NCBI GenBank assembly: GCA_045615585.1
Contig: JAZLFB010000280.1
Coordinates: 6,219 to 70,218 of the forward strand
From: Akkermansia sp.
GTDB lineage: Bacteria > Verrucomicrobiota > Verrucomicrobiia > Verrucomicrobiales > Akkermansiaceae
Direction: 5' to 3'
DNA: 64,000 bases
The notes under the pieces were generated by a model, which had not been told where the DNA came from, searched no databases, and was given only the letters and a program-made list of their open reading frames with translations. Below, piece after piece: positions 38,299 to 48,402 of this stretch. Within the stretch, counting starts at the first letter, position 1. Each line of letters begins with the position of its first letter. Position numbers and translations under genes: made by a program.

Positions 38299-39336
38299 CT
38301 AGTTGACCTTGATGTTGCGGTTGGCCTTATCCTCGCGCTTCTTTTCTTCGCGCTTGTTCTTTTCGTACTGCTTGCGCTTATCCTTGTTGGCGCGGCGTTT
38401 CTTGGCGGCATCCTTGTCGGGCTTGGCGTCGCCCCATAGCGTCAGAATACTGGGGCTGAGCTTGCCTGTGCGCGTCTCGCCGTCCAAGCGGATGTTGGCA
38501 CGAATCAGGTTTTTGAGCTGCGTGGGCGGCACGGCTTCCTGCCGGCTCAGACCGATGAGCAGGTTGTACGCCGCCTGTCGGTCGGCGTTGCGATACGCCT
38601 TATCTTGGAAGATTTTGGTCGCCTCGCGCTTCACCAAGCCCATATCAGGCTCAAAACCGGGCGTCAGGAAACCGTCCTTCGTCTCCATCATCTTGTACAG
38701 AAACTCCTCGCGCGGCTTGAAGGTGTTGCGGCGAATGGCCCCCGTCTTGTCGTCGGGGTCGGCCTCCTTAATGGCATCCAGCAGCGAATCAGGGTGCTTG
38801 ATGGGCAGATCGCTCACATCGCGCAGCACCTCCGCTTTCTTGATACCGCTCAAACCGTTGGCCTGTTCCATCAGCTCGTTGCGCTTGCGCAGCAGCTCCA
38901 GATTTTTGCGGATATTCTCCACACCGACTTCACCCTTGCCTGTACCCAAATCATCCGTACCCGCCAAATCGGCGTACAGGTGGCCATCGGCATCCAGCAT
39001 CATCACGCGGGGGCAGAACGAGAAACCGGGCATGGACAGCGAGCCGCGGGCGTCCGCCAATTCGGGGTCTGCCTTAGAGGCATCCTGATACAGCGGCACC
39101 GCCACCAACGCGGCATCACCCGCGGCGGCTTCCACCTCCGCCGACTTCCAGAACGACTTGAGCATCTTGGTGCTGCGCGTGTTCCAGTCAGGGCCGTAGA
39201 CGTAGACCATCACGCCGTCAGGCCCTGCCGCCTTGAGAGCCTCATCGTAGGTCTTGGCACGCATGGCGGCATCCGCCGTCTGCAACAGGGGCAGCGACAA
39301 CAGCGCAGCGGCAAAAAGGTTAATGGCTCTTTTCAT
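38299..39336 (-). CDS. Exported thioredoxin-like-fold protein lacking CxxC
   Basis: Signal peptide; MRAKTYDEALKAA...VMVYVYGPDW and P.VMMLDADG mirror the 24660 thioredoxin, but NTRS replaces CxxC. Confidence 0.6.
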   Translation of the reverse strand: MKRAINLFAAALLSLPLLQTADAAMRAKTYDEALKAAGPDGVMVYVYGPDWNTRSTKMLKSFWKSAEVEAAAGDAALVAVPLYQDASKADPELADARGSLSMPGFSFCPRVMMLDADGHLYADLAGTDDLGTGKGEVGVENIRKNLELLRKRNELMEQANGLSGIKKAEVLRDVSDLPIKHPDSLLDAIKEADPDDKTGAIRRNTFKPREEFLYKMMETKDGFLTPGFEPDMGLVKREATKIFQDKAYRNADRQAAYNLLIGLSRQEAVPPTQLKNLIRANIRLDGETRTGKLSPSILTLWGDAKPDKDAAKKRRANKDKRKQYEKNKREEKKREDKANRNIKVN

Positions 39337-42232
39337 AAATGTGGAAAGCGTTGAAGTTCAGGCTGGCATTACCGCCCTGAGAGGTGGTGCTGACACGCAC
39401 ATACTTGGCGGTGGGGGGCATCTTATCAAACTCCAGGCGGTGGTAGCCCTTGTTGCCCGCATCGGGCAGCGACATCAGCGTCTCCCACGTCTCGCCGTCG
39501 GAGGACACCTCCAGCACGCCGCCCTTGGGACCGGCGGGCGCCATCACAATGCAGCCGATGGTGGCTCGCTTGGGCAGAATGACTTTCAGGTACTCCGTCT
39601 TGGAGGATTCCGTCTGAATCTTGCCGCCGCGCGGGGTCAGCGCCGCTGCGTGCTGAATGATGTGCTTCTCATCATCACCATAGGTGCTCAGCTGCAGCAT
39701 CGCGCCCTCGGAAATCAGCTTGCCCTTGTATTCGGGGATGTCGGGCAGCGACACCTGCGGGGTCTGCCCCACCGCCGCCGTGTACTTGTGGAACAGCTTT
39801 TCATCCCCCAGCATTTCGGCGGACTGAATCATGGCGGCCAGCACCATCTCGCGGTCCTCACAGGTTTCCATGTCCTTGTCCACAGCCTCCAGGAAACGCT
39901 TGGACATGGGCTTGTTCTCCGTCATCACGTTGTTGACCGCCCACACCAGCATCTGGTGGAAATGCGGCTTCTTCATCATGGTTTCGCGCACCATGTCAAG
40001 GTACTTCTGCTTGTGGACGGTGGACTTATCCAACGCCTTGAACTGCGTATCGAGCACGCGCTCGTACTTCCAGCCCTTGTCGTCAATCTCGTCCAAGTTG
40101 GCAAAGAACTCCTCATACGTCTCCAGCTTCTTGGCGGGGGCGCGGAACAGGGGCAGCATGGAGGGGTACACCTCCTCCATCAGGTAATCACCCGCGCGGG
40201 CGGGGTGCTTGGGGATGAGCGCCGTGCAGAGGTTGTGGTGCAGCGCCTGCCACATGGCGGGGTTGCGCTTCAGCTTCTTTTCCACCGCGCCCATGTACAC
40301 GCGCCACACAGGCAGGTTGAGGGGCTGAATCGCCAGCGACATCTCATAGAGCTTCACGGCATCCTTGGTGTTGCGGCGTTCCACCATCACGCTGGCCAGC
40401 GAGCCGATGAGCTGCGAGCGGCGCGTCTTGTCCTTTTCCTGATACATGGCGGTCATCATCTGGAACGCGCTCCATGAATACTCACCGCCGAAGGACCAGT
40501 GCGGCGTGTGCTTCTCGCTCACGCTGTTGCAGCAATGCCACTGACCGTCCAGATACACGGTGTAGGCACAGTGACCGGGTTCGCCCATTGTGACGGCGGG
40601 CACGCCGTTGGAAACGGCACCCGTGGTACCGAAGTGCGACAGACCGCCGCACACGGCACCGATATCGCGCGTCATCTTGGCCATGTTGTTGGGGTAAATG
40701 ACCTTGTAAGGCTCGTAATACTTGGAGCTGAAAATCACATCACCGAACTCGTTGAGCGGCAGATACGGCACGCGCCCCGCCAAGCCCTTGTACTGTTCAT
40801 CGGGCACGGAGCAGTTATCGCGCGCCCAGCGCATGGTGGTGGCACTGCCGAAGGCGTTTTCACCCTTCCAACCGCCGATGAAGTGCAGCAGCCAGTCGGG
40901 CTGCTTCCAGAACGAGCTATTGAGCAAGTCCTGCTCAATGCCCTCGGCAAACAGCAGATAACGCTCTACCGCCAACATGTAAATGCTGCCCTTTTCCTGA
41001 CGGCGTGCGCCGCGCTTCTTTTCGGGCTGGGGCATGCCGATGGATTCGTACTTGTCCATCTCGGCTTCCGTCAGCTCCTTGCCGTCGGCATACCAGCCGT
41101 TGCGGGCGAACTCCACGGCAATGGCGGCGGCCATGCGTTCCTTCATCTTCTCCTGTGCCTCGGTGGTGTCGGGGCGGTCTTTGCGCTTCAAATCGGCAGC
41201 GCGGAACTCCGCCACCATCGCCAGAGCCACTTCGGGCTTGGTCATTTCACCATCGTACACAAAGCTGCCGCACCATGCGGAGTTGTTGAGCAGCTTCGAC
41301 AAATCCTTGCACACGGCGGGGTCGCGCATCACGATACCCAGCTGGTTCAGGTCGGCACGGTTGAGCAGCTCCCACTGGGCCACCATCAGGCAGTTTTCGG
41401 GGTCGCTCAAAAAGCGTTCCACATTGCCCTCATCCACATGGCGCAGGCGGCTGCGGATGGCGGAAGAAAGGCGCTGTTTCAGCACGCGGGGCTGTTTCCA
41501 CTCCTGCCCCGTGCTGCTCTTCTGCACCACCACGACCTCCTCAGGGATGGGTTCTTCTTCCTCCTCCGCTTCGGGTTCGGGCTCCGGTTCGGGTTCGTCC
41601 GTCTTTTCGGGTTCAGGTTCGGGTTCGTCCTCGCGCTGCCAGTCATCCACCGTCACCTTTTTCTGCGGCTTCTTCTCTGCCTTCACCACGGGTTTCTCCG
41701 CAGGGGGAGGCGGGGGATTCAATAGCTTGTACAGGTAGATACCGCCGCCGATGAGCACCGCCAGAATAATGAGCCACAGCCAACCGGGTACACCGCCGCC
41801 GGAGTTGTTACGCAGCGTGCGGGCGCGCGGGTCAATGGGGTGGGCAATACCGCGGCGCACCGCCTTGCGGGGGGCAGCGGCGGGCACCTCTCCCTGCGGG
41901 GCGGGCGCGGCGGCTTCCGCAGGGGCGGCATCGGGTACTTCGGCCAGCGTCAGGCTGTTATGCCCCACGGTGTAAACCACCCCCGGCTGCATCAGTTCCG
42001 CCTGTACGGCACGTTCCCCCTGCTGCACGCCGTTGGAGGAACCGAGGTCGGAAATCTGCACGCCCTCCTCCGTTGTGATGACGGAGCAATGCACGGCGGA
42101 CAGGCTTTCATCCTCTGCCAAGGCAATTTCACATTCAGGCGAACGCCCGATACGGTAGCCGGAACCCACCTCCTCTCCCAAGGGATAAAGAAGCGTTTCT
42201 CCGGCGCTGTTGGTTACACTTAAGGCTTTCAT
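39320..42232 (-). CDS. FHA-domain membrane protein with transglutaminase-like core and C-terminal discoidin-like domain
   Basis: IGRSPECEIAL...LSAVHC...DLGSSNG (FHA), one TM helix, PE-rich linker, AVCGGLSH...PGHCAY, C-terminal LEVSSDGETWETL...AKYVRV. Confidence 0.75.
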   Translation of the reverse strand: MKALSVTNSAGETLLYPLGEEVGSGYRIGRSPECEIALAEDESLSAVHCSVITTEEGVQISDLGSSNGVQQGERAVQAELMQPGVVYTVGHNSLTLAEVPDAAPAEAAAPAPQGEVPAAAPRKAVRRGIAHPIDPRARTLRNNSGGGVPGWLWLIILAVLIGGGIYLYKLLNPPPPPAEKPVVKAEKKPQKKVTVDDWQREDEPEPEPEKTDEPEPEPEPEAEEEEEPIPEEVVVVQKSSTGQEWKQPRVLKQRLSSAIRSRLRHVDEGNVERFLSDPENCLMVAQWELLNRADLNQLGIVMRDPAVCKDLSKLLNNSAWCGSFVYDGEMTKPEVALAMVAEFRAADLKRKDRPDTTEAQEKMKERMAAAIAVEFARNGWYADGKELTEAEMDKYESIGMPQPEKKRGARRQEKGSIYMLAVERYLLFAEGIEQDLLNSSFWKQPDWLLHFIGGWKGENAFGSATTMRWARDNCSVPDEQYKGLAGRVPYLPLNEFGDVIFSSKYYEPYKVIYPNNMAKMTRDIGAVCGGLSHFGTTGAVSNGVPAVTMGEPGHCAYTVYLDGQWHCCNSVSEKHTPHWSFGGEYSWSAFQMMTAMYQEKDKTRRSQLIGSLASVMVERRNTKDAVKLYEMSLAIQPLNLPVWRVYMGAVEKKLKRNPAMWQALHHNLCTALIPKHPARAGDYLMEEVYPSMLPLFRAPAKKLETYEEFFANLDEIDDKGWKYERVLDTQFKALDKSTVHKQKYLDMVRETMMKKPHFHQMLVWAVNNVMTENKPMSKRFLEAVDKDMETCEDREMVLAAMIQSAEMLGDEKLFHKYTAAVGQTPQVSLPDIPEYKGKLISEGAMLQLSTYGDDEKHIIQHAAALTPRGGKIQTESSKTEYLKVILPKRATIGCIVMAPAGPKGGVLEVSSDGETWETLMSLPDAGNKGYHRLEFDKMPPTAKYVRVSTTSQGGNASLNFNAFHIYEKSH

Positions 42233-42437
42233 GGCGGTCTTTCGGGCAGCGAATACAACGCTGCGGTGGCTCATAGTGTAACACTAGCACAAAACAGGCG
42301 GAAAAGCAACAGAGAAAGTGACCGCAGCTCCCGCAAAAGAGAAAACAATGTTTTTGCGCTGCTGCCTTAAACTTTTCCTTGCACGGCGGGGGGATAGTTG
42401 TTAGTATAGACAGACCGAAAACTTTCTTTTCTCTGCT

Positions 42438-44096
42438 ATGAGCGAACATGATTCTCCCCCCCGTTATCTGATTGCCCTCGGCGGTGTGGCTGCTTTTGCT
42501 GCTGCGGGTCTGTTTGTGAGTCACCAAGCCGTCACCTGCATAGAGCACGGCAACAATGCCCCCATTGAGCACGGTGCCGTTGCCGCCCAACAGGCGGACA
42601 TGCTGCTGGAATACAAGTGTGCCGACTGCCACGGTGCGAATGCCGCACCGAATCCCCTGCTCGACAAGCTGTCGGGCGGCTTGCAGAGCGAGCATATCGC
42701 CAACGCCCGCAAGGCCTTTACACTGGAGCCGCAGCCCGAAATCCGCAGCGGGCTGGTGGATTACGTGAAGATGAGCCGCGTGCTGGACACCCGCCGCATG
42801 CCCCCCGCCTCGTACACCGCCGTGCATATCGGCAAGCGTCTGACACCCTTTGACGTTTCCATTCTGCGCAACCGCTACACCAAGGAGGGCGCCGTTCTGC
42901 GCTCCTTTGCCCCTGTGCAGCATGTCGGCCTTGTCGAAACACCTTGGGAAGCCGCCCGCATTCAGCTGGGGCACCACCTGTACAACGATACGCGCCTTTC
43001 CACCGACAACACGGTGGCCTGTGCCACCTGCCATGACCTCCGCAAAGGCGGCACGGACAACAAGTCCAAGTCCGACGGCGTGCGCGGGGCGGACGGCAAG
43101 CCCTTGCAGGGCGGCGTGAACGCACCCACCGTGTTCAATGCGGCGGGGCACATCCGCCAGTTCTGGGACGGCCGCGCCGCCGACCTCAAGGAACAGGCGG
43201 GCGGGCCTCCCCTGAACCCCGTGGAGATGGGCTACAGCAAGCCCGAAGACTGGCAGGCCATTGCCGAGAAACTGGCACAAACGCCCGAATTGGCGGCTCT
43301 CTTTGCCTATGTGTACGGTGAGCAGGGTATCACGGGCGAAACGATTACCGATGCCATTGCCGCCTACGAAAAGACGCTTGTCACGCCCGATTCCGTGTTT
43401 GACCTCTACCTGAAAGGCAACGAGGACGCCCTCAACGATGAACAGAAGCAGGGGCTTTCCGACTTTGTCCGTCTCGGTTGCTCCACCTGCCATGCGGGTC
43501 CTGCCATGGGCGGTCTGAGCTTCGAGAACATCAACACCCACGGCGACCTGCGTGAGCTTGCTACCAAGAACGTGAGCGGCGGTCACGGCGACCGCACGCC
43601 CGATGCCACCTGCACCACCTGCCACGAGCAGGACGAAGTGCCCGCAGCCCCCGCCCCCTATGTGGACGGTGCCCACGGTCTTGCGGATTTCACCAAGAAC
43701 CCCGCCCACACGGATATGTTCCGTGTGCCCACGCTGCGTAACGTGGCGCTCACCGCCCCCTACTTCCACACCGGCACGGTAGAGAAGCTGGAGGATGCCG
43801 TGCGTATCATGATTGCCACGCAGAACGGCACCACGCCCAAGGACGAGGAAGTGGCGAACATCACCGCTTTCCTGAAAACGCAGACAGGCTCGCTGAACGG
43901 CACCCCGCTGGAGCAGCTGACGGCGGAGGAAATCAAGCCCCGCCCCCTTCAGCCGAACGCCGCGCAGCCGGTGGGTATGTCCATCTCTCTGGAGAACGGC
44001 AAAGTCACCCGCACCGAGTATTTCTCTGACGGTCACACGGAGGTGACGGAAACCACGGTCACACAGCCCGCACCGCAGGAGGGGAGCGCCGAATGA
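42438..44096 (+). CDS. Cytochrome c peroxidase with N-terminal haem-binding domain (YhjA/Ccp-like)
   Basis: CADCH, CATCH, CSTCH and CTTCH; NAPTVFNA, QFWDGRAADL, FRVPTLRNVALTAPYFH. Confidence 0.9.
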   Translation: MSEHDSPPRYLIALGGVAAFAAAGLFVSHQAVTCIEHGNNAPIEHGAVAAQQADMLLEYKCADCHGANAAPNPLLDKLSGGLQSEHIANARKAFTLEPQPEIRSGLVDYVKMSRVLDTRRMPPASYTAVHIGKRLTPFDVSILRNRYTKEGAVLRSFAPVQHVGLVETPWEAARIQLGHHLYNDTRLSTDNTVACATCHDLRKGGTDNKSKSDGVRGADGKPLQGGVNAPTVFNAAGHIRQFWDGRAADLKEQAGGPPLNPVEMGYSKPEDWQAIAEKLAQTPELAALFAYVYGEQGITGETITDAIAAYEKTLVTPDSVFDLYLKGNEDALNDEQKQGLSDFVRLGCSTCHAGPAMGGLSFENINTHGDLRELATKNVSGGHGDRTPDATCTTCHEQDEVPAAPAPYVDGAHGLADFTKNPAHTDMFRVPTLRNVALTAPYFHTGTVEKLEDAVRIMIATQNGTTPKDEEVANITAFLKTQTGSLNGTPLEQLTAEEIKPRPLQPNAAQPVGMSISLENGKVTRTEYFSDGHTEVTETTVTQPAPQEGSAE

Positions 44097-44863
44097 TTCG
44101 ATTCTCCGTTCTTGCCAGCAGCAGCAAAGGCAACTGCACCGTTGTTTCCGATGGCGAAACACATATCCTTGTGGATGCGGGCATCAGCGCCACGCGCATC
44201 CGCAAGGGTCTGGCGGAGTGCGGCTTGGCGGTGTCCGACCTGTCGGGCATCTTCATCACGCACGAGCACCAAGACCACCTGTGCGGGCTGGGCATTCTCT
44301 CCAAAAAGGACAGTCTGCACCTGTACTGCAGCCGCTACCTCTCCCCCGACCTGAAAGCCATGGCTGCCAAGGTGAGCTTCACCTTTGTGGAGCCGGGGGC
44401 GACCATCCAAGCGGGCAGCATCCGCGTCACGCCGTTCAGCACCGCGCACGATGCGATTGACCCGCTGGGCTACCTGTTTGAAAGCGGCGGCACCAAGCTG
44501 GGCTATGTGACGGACACGGGCCACATCATGCGCGAGGTACCCCCGCTGCTCGCGGGGGTGGACGCGCTGTATCTGGAATCGAACTACGACCCCAAAATGC
44601 TGGCGGATTCGGGGCGGTCCTACGCCCTTATCGAGCGCATTGCGGGCAAGTGGGGGCACCTGTCCAATGAGCAGGCGTGCGAATTCATCCGCACCGTCGG
44701 GCACCCCGCCCTGCAACACGTGGTGCTGGCGCACATCAGCCCCGAATGTAACACACCCGAAAAAGCCCGCGCCGCCATGACCGCTACCTTGGCGGACTTA
44801 AACCTGCCCACCGCCCTGCACTGCGCCCCCATGGCCACCCGTCTGCCGTGGATTGAGCTATGA
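44093..44863 (+). CDS. MBL-fold metallo-hydrolase (YycJ/WalJ-like)
   Basis: LASSSKGNC, THEHQDH, TAHDAIDP, ESNYD, GHLSN, AHIS.ECN. Confidence 0.9.
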   Translation: MIRFSVLASSSKGNCTVVSDGETHILVDAGISATRIRKGLAECGLAVSDLSGIFITHEHQDHLCGLGILSKKDSLHLYCSRYLSPDLKAMAAKVSFTFVEPGATIQAGSIRVTPFSTAHDAIDPLGYLFESGGTKLGYVTDTGHIMREVPPLLAGVDALYLESNYDPKMLADSGRSYALIERIAGKWGHLSNEQACEFIRTVGHPALQHVVLAHISPECNTPEKARAAMTATLADLNLPTALHCAPMATRLPWIEL

Positions 44864-44886
44864 TAACGCAAGGAGAAATGAAGAGC

Positions 44887-45055
44887 TACAGCATTTGAAA
44901 TGCTGTAATGGTTTTGGTGCTGCATTGATTATTAAAAATTAATGTGTTAGACTTTTTTCGGAATGCGATTTATGTTGCCGAAATGCTGATTGATTTTGTT
45001 GTAAAAGCTTAATAATTAGTTTGCTCTGTTGCCTACAGCATTTCAAATACTGTAG
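44887..45055. promoter_or_regulatory. Two copies of a 21-bp palindrome
   Basis: TACAGCATTT-G-AAATGCTGTA (44887-44907, perfect) and TACAGCATTT-C-AAATACTGTA (45034-45054, one mismatch). Confidence 0.6.
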
Positions 45056-45147
45056 GCACAGATAACAATTCCCGGAGTACCATCCCGGAAGAAGCATGGA
45101 ACATATCATACGATGACGGCAATGTACTGAAAGGCATTGCCATTATT

Positions 45148-46173
45148 TTGATGTTTATCCATCATGCCTTTCTTTCAAACAATTGGTACATTTTTTCACC
45201 TTCACTTCCTGATTCTTATTTATTTTTGGGAAAGGCTTTTAAATTCTGCGTTCCGATTTTCGCTTTTCTTTCAGGCTGGTTCTACGCAAAACGAAAAGAT
45301 AGAGGTATTGGCTATTCTATCAAAAAAGCCTTGCGATTCTACTTTTTCTATATAATATCTTTTCTGTTTATTTCCGCACTTGCCGTCGGTTGCTGCCACT
45401 GGCGCCCCTCGTTGGATACAATTACGCAAGATCTTTTTCCCGTAGGGAATCTTAATTTAATGGTTTTCTGCTGGTATGTAACCTTTTTCCCGATTATTCT
45501 GATTACTTTCTCGATCTTAGACGCAGGGGAGCGACATCTTCCCCGTTACCTCAAATTATTTTTTACTTTTACCATTATATCTGCCGTCTGCAGTCTGGCA
45601 TTCCCACTCGGTTATTATTTTTTCGATACCCAAAAATACGCATTGGTAGAATGTTCTTTCTGGATTCCCTGTGCCGTAGTCGGCTTCTACCTCTCCAAAA
45701 GCAAACGCTTATCCGCCTTATGCAATTTCTCCCAAAGAAAAAGCATATATGTGACACTCCTTGGTTTTATTGTTGTATACCTAACATTACGCTGCTGGGG
45801 GCATTTTGCCTCACGGACGTTTACCCATCCCATTATCACGAACTACTTTTCCTGTCTTTTATGGGGAACCGGCTTCCGGCATGGTGTGGTTGATTCGGTC
45901 ACAATTATTACACTCATGTTGCTGGTTAATCGGCTAAAATGGGAAGGCCTACGCTACGTTCTCCGTTTTCTCGGCAAATTATCCATGAATCTATGGTTTA
46001 CGCATTGCCTTTTCTTCTCATCTGTTACGAAAGCGTTTTTTCAGCCTTTTATGACTTTCATTCCCCATCCGATTAGTTATCCGATATTAATGATGCTCCT
46101 CTGTATTCCCCCTGCCCTCTTTTTGCAGCGAGTTCAGCAATATTTTGCTAAAAAGCTTCCATTCCTTCACTAA
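45148..46173 (+). CDS. Acyltransferase-3 (OafA-like) membrane O-acyltransferase; AT-rich; true start lies further upstream
   Basis: The frame is open upstream as ...ISYDDGNVLKGIAIILMFIHH; VPIFAFLSGW motif; about 10 TM segments; markedly AT-rich. Confidence 0.85.
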   Translation: MMFIHHAFLSNNWYIFSPSLPDSYLFLGKAFKFCVPIFAFLSGWFYAKRKDRGIGYSIKKALRFYFFYIISFLFISALAVGCCHWRPSLDTITQDLFPVGNLNLMVFCWYVTFFPIILITFSILDAGERHLPRYLKLFFTFTIISAVCSLAFPLGYYFFDTQKYALVECSFWIPCAVVGFYLSKSKRLSALCNFSQRKSIYVTLLGFIVVYLTLRCWGHFASRTFTHPIITNYFSCLLWGTGFRHGVVDSVTIITLMLLVNRLKWEGLRYVLRFLGKLSMNLWFTHCLFFSSVTKAFFQPFMTFIPHPISYPILMMLLCIPPALFLQRVQQYFAKKLPFLH

Positions 46174-46320
46174 ACAGATTAGATTCTTCGTTCTCGGCAA
46201 ACACTCATCAAATCTCCTTCGAGGAATAAGATTTTTGTGGCAAAACGAAAAAAAAGCTCGCCAACTTTCGGCGCAGCCGCTATAATACAGAACGAACGAT
46301 AACCCATCTGCACCAAGACC

Positions 46321-46587
46321 ATGATTACGAAAAAGCTCTCCATTCTCAATAAGCTCGGAATCCACGCCCGCCCCGCCGCCCAGTTTGTGCGCGTTGCGAG
46401 CCGCTTCGAGTCTGATGTCACCGTGGAGAAAGATGATGAATCCGTGGATGGTAAGAGTATCATGGGTCTGATGATGCTGGCCGTGGGTTGGGGTGCGGAA
46501 ATCACCGTCACCGCCGAAGGTCCCGACGAAGCGGAAACCATCAAAGCCTTGGAAGAACTCATCCAAAGCAAGTTCGGGGAGGAATAA
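46321..46587 (+). CDS. ptsH: Phosphocarrier protein HPr
   Basis: GIHARPAA (His15) and DGKSIMGLMMLA (Ser46). Confidence 0.96.
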   Translation: MITKKLSILNKLGIHARPAAQFVRVASRFESDVTVEKDDESVDGKSIMGLMMLAVGWGAEITVTAEGPDEAETIKALEELIQSKFGEE

Positions 46588-46647
46588 GCCCCGACTGCGC
46601 GGGGGTTCCCGACACAGAACACCTCACTTCACCGCCGCCGCACCCGC

Positions 46648-48399
46648 ATGAGCACCAACCACGAACGCCGTCTTTCGGGGCAACCTGTCTCCCCCGGCAT
46701 TGCCATGGGCGTGCTGCGGGTGGAAGCCCGCGGTTGCCCCGCCCCGCCCGCCCACGCCATTACCCCCGTCGATTTTGAAAAAGAGTGGGAGCGTTTTGAA
46801 GCTGCCATTGACCGCACGGAGCGCGAGCTGAACGCCCTGAAAGAGCGCGTGGAAACAATCTCCGGCGCGGCGGAAGCCGCCATCTTCGATGCCCACCTGC
46901 TCTTTCTGCGCGACCGCACCATCCTGAGCCGCCTCAACAAAGAGCTGCCCAAGCGCTTGCAGAACATCGAATCGGTGTACTACGCCGTGGTGCAAAACTT
47001 TATGGAGGTCATCCGCCGTGTGGACGACCCCTATCTGCGTTCCCGCGCGGTGGATATTGCCGACGTGCTGCAACGCGTGCTGAAAAACATGGCACCGCAG
47101 GAAATCACGGACACCCTCTCCGACAAGGGTGCCCCGCCCTGCGTGTTGGCCGCCTACGACCTTGCACCCAGCGACACCGCCGACCTTGACCCCAAGCGCG
47201 TGCTGGGCTTTGTCACGGAGATGGGCTCTGCCGTGTCGCACACCGCCATTCTCGCCCGCTCACTGGGGCTGCCCGCCGTGGTAGCCGTGCCGCGGCTGGT
47301 GATGGATTCCCGCCAAGGGCAGTACGCCATTCTGGACGGCTACAGCGGCCAAATCATCCTGAACCCCACGGAGGAGACGCTGGAGCACTACCGCACCCTG
47401 CAAGCGGAAAAGACCGAGGCGTATGAAACGCTGGTGAACATGAAGGATTTGCCCTCCGTCACGCAGGACGGTCGCCACATCCGCCTGGCCGCCAACGTGG
47501 AGTTTGCCCACGAGTACGAAGCCGTGAAACGCTGCGGCGCAGAGGGCGTTGGCCTGTTCCGTACGGAGTTTTTCCTGTTGGGCGGCGACAAGCTGCCCGA
47601 TGAAGAAGCGCAGTACCAACACTACCGCAAGCTGGTGGAAAGCTGTGCCCCGCACGAGGTGATTTTCCGCACGCTCGATTCGGGCGGTGACAAGCTCCCC
47701 TTTGAGGTGCTGGAGGAGAAAGAGGACAACCCCTTCCTCGGCTGGCGCGGCATCCGCGTATCGCTGAGCCGCCCCGAAATTTTCAAGGTGCAGCTGCGCG
47801 CCATTCTGCGCGCGTCCGCCCACGGCAAGGTGGGGGTCATGTTCCCGATGGTGTCGGGGCTGACCGAGGTGAAAGACTGCCACCGCCTGTTGGAAGAATG
47901 CCGCAACGAGCTGCGCGAACGCGGGCTGGCGTTCGATGAGCAGATGCGCGTGGGTATCATGATTGAGGTACCCAGCGCCGCCATGATGGCCGATGTCCTT
48001 GCCCGCCATGTGGATTTCTTCTCCATCGGCACCAACGATTTGACGCAGTACACCATTGCAGTGGACCGTGTGAACTACCGCGTGGCAAGCATGTTCCGCC
48101 CCACGCATCCCGGTGTTATCCGGCTCATGCACCACACCATCGGCGCGGGCATCCCCACTGCCATCTGCGGAGAAATGGGCGGAGATATCACCCTGCTGCC
48201 GCTGCTGGTGGGTTTGGGGGCTACGGAGCTTTCCGTGGGTACGCATCTGCTGCCGCTGGTGCGCTTCGGCATCCGCCACCTGAACTATGCGGAATGTCAG
48301 ACCATGGCAGAAAAAGCCCTGCAAGCGGGCGACAGCTACACCATCCGCGCCCTGTCCAAAGAGGTGGCTCTGCGCTCCTACCCCACCCTGTTCGATTAA
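46648..48399 (+). CDS. ptsI: PEP-protein phosphotransferase (PTS enzyme I)
   Basis: SHTAILARSLGLP (phospho-His), GVGLFRTEF, ENPFLG.RGIR-like motif, MIEVPSA, SIGTNDL.QY, ICGEM. Confidence 0.95.
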   Translation: MSTNHERRLSGQPVSPGIAMGVLRVEARGCPAPPAHAITPVDFEKEWERFEAAIDRTERELNALKERVETISGAAEAAIFDAHLLFLRDRTILSRLNKELPKRLQNIESVYYAVVQNFMEVIRRVDDPYLRSRAVDIADVLQRVLKNMAPQEITDTLSDKGAPPCVLAAYDLAPSDTADLDPKRVLGFVTEMGSAVSHTAILARSLGLPAVVAVPRLVMDSRQGQYAILDGYSGQIILNPTEETLEHYRTLQAEKTEAYETLVNMKDLPSVTQDGRHIRLAANVEFAHEYEAVKRCGAEGVGLFRTEFFLLGGDKLPDEEAQYQHYRKLVESCAPHEVIFRTLDSGGDKLPFEVLEEKEDNPFLGWRGIRVSLSRPEIFKVQLRAILRASAHGKVGVMFPMVSGLTEVKDCHRLLEECRNELRERGLAFDEQMRVGIMIEVPSAAMMADVLARHVDFFSIGTNDLTQYTIAVDRVNYRVASMFRPTHPGVIRLMHHTIGAGIPTAICGEMGGDITLLPLLVGLGATELSVGTHLLPLVRFGIRHLNYAECQTMAEKALQAGDSYTIRALSKEVALRSYPTLFD

Positions 48400-48402
48400 G
48401 CC

